This document shows positions 32,963-44,900 of a stretch of 64,000 nt of DNA, piece by piece. The notes beneath the pieces are model-generated. The model worked only from the letters and a program-made list of their open reading frames with translations, was not told the origin of the DNA and did not search any database. Positions within the stretch are counted from its first letter, which is position 1; the number at the start of each line of letters is the position of its first letter. Origin of the DNA: Botryllus schlosseri (taxonomy: Eukaryota); contig CM119379.1 in NCBI GenBank assembly GCA_051294905.1, forward strand, positions 25,296,001 to 25,360,000, read 5' to 3'. The position numbers were made by a program, and so were the translations under genes.

Positions 32963-35900
32963 TCATGCCCATACCTGAAAAACGTTGGTATATTTAATCA
33001 GTGTGATATTCCCGCTTGACAAATTAACGGGACTACCGAATTGTTCAAACTAGCAAACCAATTCATTGACGGTCAATTACCTACCGGTTTTGAAGCAGTT
33101 CTACTCCTAGTTGAGCATTCAAAAATGAATTTAGTTGCCGCAAAATTGGAAAACAAGTGTCGTCGTTTGGCGCTAATCATGATACTGTTGTTCTCTTGTG
33201 CGAAGTTCATGCAGCCATTGTTAGCTCAGAATCATCGCCACTAACAGCAGTGCAACCAGGTGGATTTTGGCAGTTGAAACCACTACCATTTCAGCCCAAC
33301 CGATCTAATCTAAATATCGGCAGTTGTTTCAAGTTTAGTCGGGATTTTTAAAGCTTGTCAGTTTTAGTTTTGAATATTGAATAGTTCTAGTTGCGCATTT
33401 TGAAAATCCATTAGTTTGGACAAGTCCGGAAATGATAGATGTATTGTACAATGTACAGCCTGTACTGCACACCCTAGTGACAAGGCCAACAGCCAGATGA
33501 GCTTTCATCAAGCTTCCAATTCTCCAGATCGAGTCTCAGTGTCAAAAATGAATATGACATGATATTATTTCTATTCCATTCAATATATCATCGATTGTCA
33601 TCGTGCTTGCCTTTAATAAAATATTCTTTTTATTATAGGTACAAAGTTGACTGATTGCCTGTATCCAATATTATCTTTTCTGTTCATTCAGTGTGCATGC
33701 CTCCTTTTTTACATAGGGTGGGTGTCTGATTTCAAAGACTACTCCAAGTCGTTTCAACACCTTCCTATCGTTCATTGTGTCACAGTCTTGTGGTGTATTG
33801 AAATGATGAAATTGTTGATGATAAATTGAATTGTCACATTCAACACAACTTGTGTTGTGTACCACCAAAAATAAATCACAAAATGAATATATACTTATGA
33901 CTGATTAAATAGTATATTCATATTGAAATGAACCCGAATATTTTCGGCTGACACTCGTCAGGGGTAATCGTCAGCAACTAGTAGAGAATTGGAAAGAACA
34001 TTGTATATCAACAATCGTATCACAAAATATGACGTCACCAGCATGAAAGAGAGAGCGTTCAATGTACTATTTTTAGGTGGTACACGAACTCCTTTTGTTG
34101 ACAGAGTTTTGGTTGGTGTATTTTGATAAAAGTTGATTCCAAGGCACACAAATGGAATTGTGAGCGACCTCGCCCTACGACTGAGGATGAAATAAATGTT
34201 GAAACAAAGTTGTAGTGTTTTGTGAAGTGTTTCCTTGTATTTCGTCCATCTCAGCATGGATATAAGTTTGTCTTTATTGATGTGACACGCATTATCCATG
34301 TGGGAAGGGTCAATAAAATGGATTCCGATGCTTGGTGAACAAAAAAATGACAAGCATAGAATATGGAATCGACTCCCAAAACATGGTACTACAACAGTAC
34401 AATGCGTTAAGTTGGCACATTCCGGGTTCAATAGTATTCCACAATTGTTGGTACAGAATGAAGGAACCCCATTGAGTTTATGATAATAGGCTTTTCACTG
34501 TAAGGAATTACGAGTAGTAAACATAAATTGTCGAATGTTACACTTAATGTTCCATTCAATAAAAATGCGACTCTTCACTCGGGATTCCATTCATGGTGGC
34601 TAGGGTTGTTCAGAATTGATCGACTTTCAAAATGTCGTGGTTTTCAGTCCGATTCCCATGCCTTATACCATAAAAACATATTCTAGGTACTTTTTTTCGT
34701 AATTCATCCCTTGCATCCGTGTGCGCATTGAGCTGGAAGAATATCGGCTAAAATAGGGGATTCCCCTAAAATTTGAGTGTCGCTATTCGGACTAGGCTAG
34801 TAAAACGTCATATATAAGCTGGTTTTATGTAGCTATTGCGGTTGGAGTGCTACATAACCTCCCTATAGAAAGTATTGTCAGTTCAGGACACCATTTTCAT
34901 GTCCCACACTGCCTTAGAACTCCTCAAAACTGCCTAAGACTGATAGTCATTTTGTTGGATCACCTGTCCTACACTCCTCAACCCTACCCGAGATTGTTCA
35001 TCAATTGCCGGGATCACCACGTGCAAGAATACAACTGTAAATGTATCATTCACTCACAGCCATTATAAACATCACATTGTTCAAAGGAAACGGAACAAAA
35101 AGGCAAAGAAACAGATCAACTTGGCCCATTGCATTACACTGGCATGCAAAGCTCACTAGAAGTCGTTTCGGAGGGAAATTTGAGGCCTTGGCAGTGCTGG
35201 CATAGTCTGCGTATTCCAACGCATTCGAGAAAGGCAAACTTCTTGGCAATCGAAATCTGGAGAGTGCTACAGGAAAAGCACAGGCTGATCTGTCATTTGA
35301 ACTGCTGGAACTTTATAATTTAACAAATAATGTCAGAGCTCTTGTGTTTGACACAACTCCTTCAAACAATGGAAAAAATAAAGGTGCGGTTCTGTTACTT
35401 GAAGAATTGATAAACAGGAAAGTTTTCTACTTTCTACTTCTGCTTGTCGCCATCATATTTATGAACTAGTCATCCGGAGAGGTCTGGAAGTGAAGTGTGT
35501 TTGGATCTGCGACCACAGGCCCTGAAAACACAGATTTTAATACCTTCCAAGAAGTGGAAAGATATTGATCAATTAAGAAGCTCTAAAACACTTCAGTTTG
35601 ATGAATGCAGCTGGTTGGCGATCAAAGCTGATGAAGCTAAGCAAGAAATAATTCCACTGATGAAGCCATATAATGGAAAGCAGAAAGAAGTCTTGATAAT
35701 AAATGACTACAGAGAATGTGCAACAGGCACCTTGGCGATTGTAGCTGCCCAATATATTGATAATCGTTTTCGCAGGCCTGGTGCTACTAATAGCACTGGA
35801 TGGATGAGTCAAGTGCTGTACTGTCAAAAATGTTCATGTGGAGAGAGCAAATGGGCTATTCTGAAGAGTTCATTAGAAAGTTGCCCTGTTTTATGTCCCA

Positions 35901-38900
35901 GCTTGGGTGAAAACTGGTAATGCATGTGACGCACAGTATATTGATCTCAAATTCCTTCATGGCATGACAGACTTTTCATTGTGCGATTTCACAGTTGCTG
36001 ATGTGGCATATAAAAAGATGCGAGAACATCATTGGCATCTCACCGAGGAAACGGTGGTATCAACAATGTTCTCGGCTATACCAAAGATTCCTGACAAAGT
36101 GAAGGAAGCGATGGCTGCTAAATTGCTGCAAATGCCAATCCTTGAACAATTTCGCAGAGGTAGGCTATACCTCTGAGTCTAATCTCTGACTCTGTCTCTC
36201 AGTCAATGAGTATGGTTGCTTTAATTGAACCGGAATCATGGTTTCTATCCAATGCTATACATGTCGAACATGATTGGTTTAGTCTTCCAGTTTCGGAATG
36301 GCATACTGATTCGCATTTCGTGACTGCTCAAGAATTTGTGAGTAGCGTTGAAATAGTTAACGGCGCAGCAGAGCGTTTGGTGAAATTGGATACCGACTTT
36401 GATGCTTTCAAAACAGATGAAGAACAGATGAAGAACAGCGAGCGAGCCTCTTGCAAGCCGTGGAAGATAACGGGAACAGATATGCCGAATTCTCTGAAGC
36501 AACCATTTCATCCGGACCTGATTTAAGTAGTATTTGCCAAGTTGATCTGTTTCTTTGCCTTTTTGTTCCGTTTCCTTTGAACAATGTGATGTTTATAATG
36601 GCTGTGAGTGAATGATACATTTACAGTTGTATTCTTGCACGTGGTGATCCCGGCAATTGATGAACAATCTCGAGTAGGGTTGAGGAGTGTAGGACAGGTG
36701 ATCCAACAAAATGACTATCAGTCTTAGGCAGTTTTGAGGAGTTGTAAGGCAGTGTGGGACATGAAAATGGTGTCCTGAACTGACAATACTTTCTATAGGG
36801 AGGTTATGTAGCACTCCAACCGCAATAGCTACATAAAACCAGCTTATATATGACGTTTTACTAGCCTAGTCCGAATAGCGACACTCAAATTTTAGGGGGG
36901 TCCCCTATTTTTAGCCGATATTCTTCCAGCTCAATGTGCACACGGATGCAAGGGATGAGTTACGAAAAAAAGTACCTAGAATATGTTTTTATGGTATAAG
37001 GCATGGGAATCGGACTGAAAACCACGACATTCTGAAAGTCGATCAATTCTGAACAACCCTAATTGGTGGCATTGTGGATCTACACACGCAAAACCCGAAT
37101 ATTTTTGGCTCACACTTGTCAAGGGCAATCGCCAGCAACCAGTAGAATACGGTATTGGAAAGAACATTGTATACAGACAATCGTATCACAAAATATGACG
37201 CCACCGGCATGAAATTTCAACAGCGCTTAATCACAATCAACTATATTCAGATGGTACACCAACTCTTTCTGTAGGCACAGACATAGTCGGCATATTTTGA
37301 GAAAAGTCAACTCCCAAGGCACCCAAATGAAAGTGCTAGTGACCTCTCCCGACAACACGAAATCTGTCGTCTCGGTAATTTTTCATGCTAACGGGATTTT
37401 CCAGCAAATGTTTGCCAATGGCGGAATTGATAGCTTTTGCCTGTTTATGTTCAGGGTTCATTTCAATATGAATATACTATTCAATTGTCTATTGGAGTTC
37501 TGTACCTCCAGAAGCTATAAAATTGTATATGGCAATATTTTGCGGAATGATGAAGACAAATCCACTTACACGTAGAGTGCTATCCCAACTTCCCGAACAA
37601 AACGCAGTGCCGTCTGGAGACATTCGCAATGTGCTGACACGGTTTTCATGGCCGAATAACGCAGAAACTTTGTTTCCTTTGAGCGTGTCCCATACGTGGA
37701 CAAGGTAGTCATTATAAGCGCCAACTATTAGTCGGCCTGAATAGAAATAAAACACTCGCCCCGTGAGTAACCGACATAACAATACTAACGAGTCAGATAT
37801 TTACCACTTGAAGAAAAGTCCAAGCCATTCACACCGAATATGACTGATGGCTTTTGGTAACAGGCAATTTCTCTATCAGCGCGTAGGTCGTACATTCTTA
37901 TCTTGAGAAGTACACATAAACTTGGACGGATGTTCAAAAATAACTTCTTTTTCAGGATTCCGGGGATTCACTGATAGTACATTATTAGGTTGCCTGTAAA
38001 AAAGCTGAACACCAAGTTTGGCTCGATTCCAACTGGTAGGTGTGAACTGGTTTTTTGATTTACTATGAAAAAATAAACAAAAACTTCAAATTTACTGTCA
38101 AGGCCATGAAATTGCTAAGTTTTCTTAAAGAACGATGCTTAACCAGCGGAGGCTAAGTTATTGCAGTTGGAAATCTCGGATTCGCAAAAATAGCCTGCCC
38201 AGAATTATAAACGGAAACCTCAAACAGCTTCACTTCTACTGGTTGGAATTGCGTCAAATTTGTTCTGCATTGTGATTGTAGCCAACTCGACAATCTCAAC
38301 AGTAAAATCTGATTTTTTTCCAAATTTTTCAAATAGTACATTCAAATTTTTAAACTCCTGTGCGCGGATCACATCAACCTGTTGGAATCGAGCCAAATTT
38401 AGCGAGCTGCATTTTTTCAGTCAACCTAACAATTTAATCGGTGAATCTCCGGAATCTGGAAAAGCAACGCAATTTTAGAACAACCCTAATACACATTCAT
38501 ACAGCAATTAGAGCAGTTCAAGTTTGGGTTACAAAATCAGAAGCAGGTTTAACGTGCTGTGCGAATAACAGTTACCCCAAAAACAAAGTTGTGCATCAAC
38601 ACTCCATTCCATCGAAAGATTCAACCATGCAAACCATACAAAGGCGTTGAAAGTGAATAAAAACTTGACCACCACGGGAATTCACACACATTAACGACTC
38701 AAACCGAAGAATATAAGCCGATAGAAGAATACAGGAAAGAATACATAAGTACCTGAGCAGCCTAACAGCACCATATTACATTCTGAGAAGGTCATGCAAG
38801 TGGATCGCACAACAGATCAATGCAAACATAGGATGAAATGCAACAGAGACCTGTGGAACAATACAAATGACTTTGACAGCAGTCTAATGCTGTACGCTGT

Positions 38901-41900
38901 GTTATATAGAGAAAATCCATGCATTCATTACAGGTATGAGGTAAATTAACATTGTGAACGAGTGATGATATTAACACGTAGTGTGTGTAGTGTACTCAAG
39001 ATTACAGTACAAAGTTTCAATGGAAACTTTTGAGGAACTGCTCATGACAGGATGATAAGGTGCATCCTCCGATACACACATCCCCTACAGGCTGCAATAA
39101 GCATATAATTTCAAAGAACTTGGCAACTGATAGCAGCATAGATTTTAGTTGCGAGTCAATTTATCTGCTCATTTCAAGTAAATTGAAACTTTGTCGAGCT
39201 TTGTGTATATTCATGAATCATGACATCAATATTTCCTTCAATTCAACGTATGATTGTAAGGTCGGGGATAAAGATTTGAGACGAGAAGTGAGAGATTATT
39301 TTTTCGAGTACTGAAATTATATAGTCCTTACCAATGAAAGCAAATTTAGCAACGAGAATTATAGTTTCGAAAGTCTTTCCCATTAAGGGAGTGGAAATGA
39401 CATATCCGTAAAGTAGTAAGAAGCCCACGTCTCAGTGTTGTCACTGGGTGCAATGAAATACGCACGATGGAATAGATAACATATTATCGTGAATGTGATG
39501 TAGAACTGGTGATATATTACTAAATGCCGACATAAACGGTACACATTTTAACTCTTCACATCTTCACGTTGATACCTTTCAAGAAGAAACATGCAACAAT
39601 CCATTTCGAGTGCTCGAGACTTACTAAATCAGAAACAACGCATGCAGGTATCACGCCGTCGTAGTGCTTACCGTGGCGTCTTCGGATCCCGACGCGAAAG
39701 CTTCGCCGCTGGGAAACCATCTGCGTAGCAAGAAAACAAAGGCGTGAGTAACAAGGAAATGTGACCATACAAATGAAGTTAGGCTATAAGTAGAGACCTC
39801 ACGGCGTTAATATCTGAATTATGAGTTGAAAATCTTTGGACGCATTCGGCGATACGCATGTCCCAAACGAGAGCCATGTTGTCGCAGCCCTGAAACGAAT
39901 AGCAACATGAATATTGTGCGACATACCCAGGAAACGGTGATCTGACAAGAGTTGGAACACCGGAACCTTTTCAGATTTTCCAAATTAGATTAGATTAACT
40001 GAATTTGCAAAAACTTGGAAATAGAATTGAAGAAACATGGCAAAACTCAAGTTCAGTTATTCTCGTCGAAAAATTTGGATTTGAATAAAATAGTATTGGT
40101 CAAAGTGAATACTATTTTATTCAAATCCAAATTTTTCGACGGCAATAACTCCGCTTCCACTGGTTGGAATTGAACCAAATTTGGTGAACATCGTTTCTAT
40201 AGACAACCTAACACTTTAATGAGGTGAACAGAAAATTTTGAAATTTTTTCGTCATTTATTTTCATTTAATAAATACGAACTTTCTTCTCCAGTAGCAATG
40301 CGGTTACCGGTTGGAATTGAACCAAATTTGGTGTGTAGGCTTAAATTAGGTAACCTAACAATTTTATCTAGTAGCCAGTACTATTTGAGAAAAAAAGTCA
40401 TTTTTGAAGACCCCTACCGCACAGTTCTGCTGTAGCAGTCTCAGGAAGACCAGAAATTTGATTACAATTAGATTAAAATCAAAATGGTAGCTACAGTTTT
40501 CTTCAAATCCGAAAACTTGGACATGGCATGAACTCCAGTTCATATCAAATCAATATTAATTACCGAGAGCACCAAAATAGCAAATGTCTGTACGGATTAT
40601 GCAGAAACAGCACAGAAACATTTCACAAATTAGATAACCCACATTATGCTTTAATTAGAAATTAGAATTATTTTGCCTGCCATCTCTCCCAGCAGCAGGC
40701 CAGCAACATCAGCAAAGGCGTAATAACGGTCCAACCAATAGGATTTCATTAAAATCAATCGGATCCAGACCAATCTGATTTACAAAGTCACTCATGCACA
40801 TAAAAAAAGATTACGGCCTGGCCTAGCCCGAGAGCAACTTGAATTATTCAAGCACAATCAATTCATAATCCGCTAGCTCAGATTACATCTCGGTGCGCTG
40901 GCATCGTATCACCACAGATACCAAAAATACAGTAAAAAACTCCACATCACTGCAAAATGTTAATCAATATCATATGACATACAAACTATTCTGACAAACA
41001 CATCAAAAGCTGGCATCACTAAGACTCGCACAAAAAACTCAATATACTATGTTAATGGTTCCTTCTCCTTGAAAACCTTACTATTGCATGGTCAGAAGCA
41101 GCATAAGCCATAAGGTATAACCCTATTGACAGCACCTCTCTTCTAACGGTGTACTAATAGATAGAGCCCTACTGATTACCACCAGTTTACCGATAATATA
41201 GAGTTGAAATCACACTTTAAAAAAAATATTGGTGTCAGCAATAAAAGCCAATATAATATCGTCAATCTTCATGAGTCACAGCAACGTAGTTGAGAGTCAT
41301 GAAACTATTAACCTGACCGCTAGATTGGTAATATTGATACAGTTCTTTTTAGCTTACAGGCGCCCAGCCAGATACAGCCATTCTAGTATATTACATGTCT
41401 ATTGTAATGGTTGTGAAGCTCTTCAAATAAATGCTCTCAAGTTTTGAAAAAACGCTTTATATCGTATGCTATACCGCTGGAATGTCGGCTTAATATTTCG
41501 GGGTGAAGGTGCTGGTAATCTGCTTTATCAGTATCGACTCAAAAATCCTAAATCGGTCTGACTCTGCTAATAACATTCGTGAAACATCATCATGAAACCT
41601 TGACTTTGAAATCGAATCGCGCCTGTTCACAACAACATACACAGCTTCAAGTACTCGATATAATACAACCACTCCTACACAAACACCAAGACACGATGCA
41701 CTCACCCCAGAAACGAATAAATTTCCTATTTCCAAAGGAGACAAGGTGGCCTGCATCACGTCGCATTGATGGCCGTGAAAGCTTTGAAGTAACTGGCAAG
41801 TCTCCACGTCCCAGAGCGCACAAGTCGAATCTCCGGACGCCGTAAGTATCTGGCAGAAAAGAAACGTAATGATCGCGCCGTTTGAACCGATCGAAGGAAT

Positions 41901-44900
41901 GTGCCGACCTGGTGATCAGATTGCGTGAACGAACACGAAGATATATAACTTGTGTGCATGGCGACCACTTTTCTTTGTGACGCCGCGGTTACATTTTCCG
42001 GGGCGGCATTACCGGCTGCTTTATTTGTCGATGGACCAGCTGCTGCTTGGCCCGACGATGACCCGAGTCGAAATATCGAGCATTTGTTGTCAAGCCCGCT
42101 ATAAAAAAGTAACGATGTCAATGCCTGCAAAAATTCAAAGGGGCGCGCCCCGCGCAATACCAACCCGCACGCGACCAAACTCCCGGTAGGCGAATAAGCG
42201 CAACAGTTGACCCACGTCGTTGGAAGACTGAACGCGTGTTCCTTAACGAAGACGAGAAAGTGACATTGGAGCAGATCCATAACATACGAGATAAGCCACA
42301 ACTTAGCATCCAACACCAATTATACTTGGACAACTAGGCAATTCCAGTTGGACTAAATTTGAGGAAAATGTCGGTAATCCAATCCAAATCTAATTTGTGA
42401 AATGTTTCATTGCTCTAATTTTAATTCTATTCCAATTTCTGGTTTTCCCTAAAATGCTAAAGGGGAACCGAGTCGTGCTCATGCTTACGAGAATGAATTC
42501 AGGTTTGGTATCGACTAAACTTGATTAACGTCCAAGTTTTTGTGAATTCAGCAATTCTAGTCTAATCGGGAAACAGCTGCATTGCTAGAATTCTAATTCT
42601 AATCTAATTTGAAAAATGCCGACTAACTATAATTCGAATTCGGAGATAGTTTGGAAAAGCTCAGAATTTCCTAGTTGTCCAACTCTCACAGCAATAGGGC
42701 GCGCTAGTGATCAGTTTAAAAGTCACTGCAATCAAGGTGTTGAAAATTGTGCATAATGAAATATATCACAGCATAACACACTTACAATGATTGGCGTACC
42801 TTGAATGCTGCACTGGAAGACTTACTCTGCAATGGCTTCTGCTGTTAACTGCGATTTGGGTTGGTTCCGTAGGCCTATTTTCAGATCATATTGGTCAACC
42901 CATACTATGCTTTAGTTAAGAAAGTTGAGGTAGTAAATTCAAAAATGTTTCGCCACTATACAATGTATAGTCGATGTATTATTCAATAAAATCCATTGCT
43001 TACGATAGTTATGCAGCTCAATAAAAACTATCACCTCTAATATACTGTTATTGTTAATTGTCATTTTCTTTTGTGTTATTTTCTACTAGCGATAATCGGC
43101 ATCTTGCCATGATAACCACAATAGCAACGCTCCTGATATCACAAACTATGCGCATCATTACTCATCACTAGGGCGATCTTCTTTAGACGTGTCAAAATTT
43201 TGTCAAAATTGTAGCGTTAGGTCAAAATTGTTCACAAAGTCAATTTTTTTTCGACGTTTGCATTTCGTTTGTATCGTAGATTTTCCACTGTCGGTGAACT
43301 TACCAATTGATATTTTACAGGTCGTAGCCTACTTTATTGGCCTACCGCTGTAAACGGCCAATAGTCTGCTCATTGTGAATGATAAACAGTCAAATAAATC
43401 AAATAGGTAGAAATGGTGTTATGGTCAAAACGTACCGCAATATCCTAACTGAAGAAAGACTTCTTGGGCATTTCATCATTCTTATATTAAGAAGCGCATG
43501 ATGAAAAATTGTGATGTAGACAACATTGTCAGGAGGAAGCAACATGGTGTGTCACCAGCAGTGTACGCACAACTACTGCTGCTGAACGTTCTTTCTCCAA
43601 TCTTGGCAAGCTTCTTAGTAAGGACATGCAGTCATGCACTTTCTACCCAAGAATGTAGGAAAGTATCTCTCGCTGTACTAGGCCTACAACAAATTTTAAT
43701 TATTTCTACCATAATATGTATTTGTAACTACTGAAATTCTTTATAGGGCCAGATTTCGTTAAAATATTAGTTTTTTCATGTAAAGATTTGCCTGTTTTTA
43801 AGCCAAAAACGTTTTTTCAGGCCAAACTACTTCGTTAGGACAGCCAGTTCCAACCAGAAATGAAGATAAGTGGCACAATCTTAACATGATGTGGAAAAAC
43901 ACCTAATTTGCATACGTTAGGTCAAAATTCAGTTTGTTTAGGCCAAAAAGTGTTAAAATTCAGTTTGTTTAGACCAAAAAATGTCAAAATTTTAATTTTT
44001 TGTTCAAAATTATCCTTTTTTAGGTAAAAAAATCGCCCTGCTCATCAGCATTCATTCACAGACTTAGTAGAAGTTACTTACTTTTGAAGCGGAAAATGCA
44101 TCCCAGACAAAAACTTTACCGTCCTGAAAAAAATCGTATATAATCAAATTTAAACAAGATGACACCAACAGATTCCAGGCAATTTATAATGATAATAATA
44201 TTAATATATTATCAAAATTTATGGAGTGCCGAATATAACAATATATCATTCCGTCAAAGTGTGATATTTACCATAACATTACAGCATACCACATTACTAA
44301 TCATTCAACATGACCCAGAACAGTACAGTAAAAAATTACAGTCCCATGTCATTGGAATACTAGGAAAGGTCATTCAAGGAAGCTCAGATCATGGTAATCC
44401 CTCCTTACCTGAGATGAGCTCACAACTCTTCTTTTATCCAAAGACCAATCTATACATAGAACCTTGCTCGAGTGGCCTTTCAAGATCTTCCGCACACGAA
44501 AATTAACTGGCGGGAAGCCTTTCACTTTATCTCCCATAGTAAACACTGGAATATAATAACAACAGAACATGAAAAGAAATTCCTCACAGTACTTCAGATT
44601 CTTAACAATCATCAATATTCATTGTTACACTGGGATGATCCTTTGCAATCATTTATACAGCGAACTCACTCTGGTGCAGTGGTTTTTAAACTTTTTTCAT
44701 CACACATCATGCCCACTTTATCGTCATATCAAAAATTATTGAATAGCAACCAGAATGCTTGCAATCCCAATGCATTGTTTGGTGACATGGAAGGGTGTTA
44801 GGGCTGTTTAGACGGTTGCCAGTGAACCCGTCCCTCGGTGAACCCGTCCCGTGAACCCGTCCCTCGGTGAACCCGTCCCTCGGTGAACCCGGCCCTCGAT

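Noticed and set aside
33958-34431. 157-aa minus-strand ORF as an alternative GNB5 last exon
   Set aside because: No protein similarity, and the homologous copy at 37090-37370 has stops. The conserved VWA* exon was found at 32963-32974.
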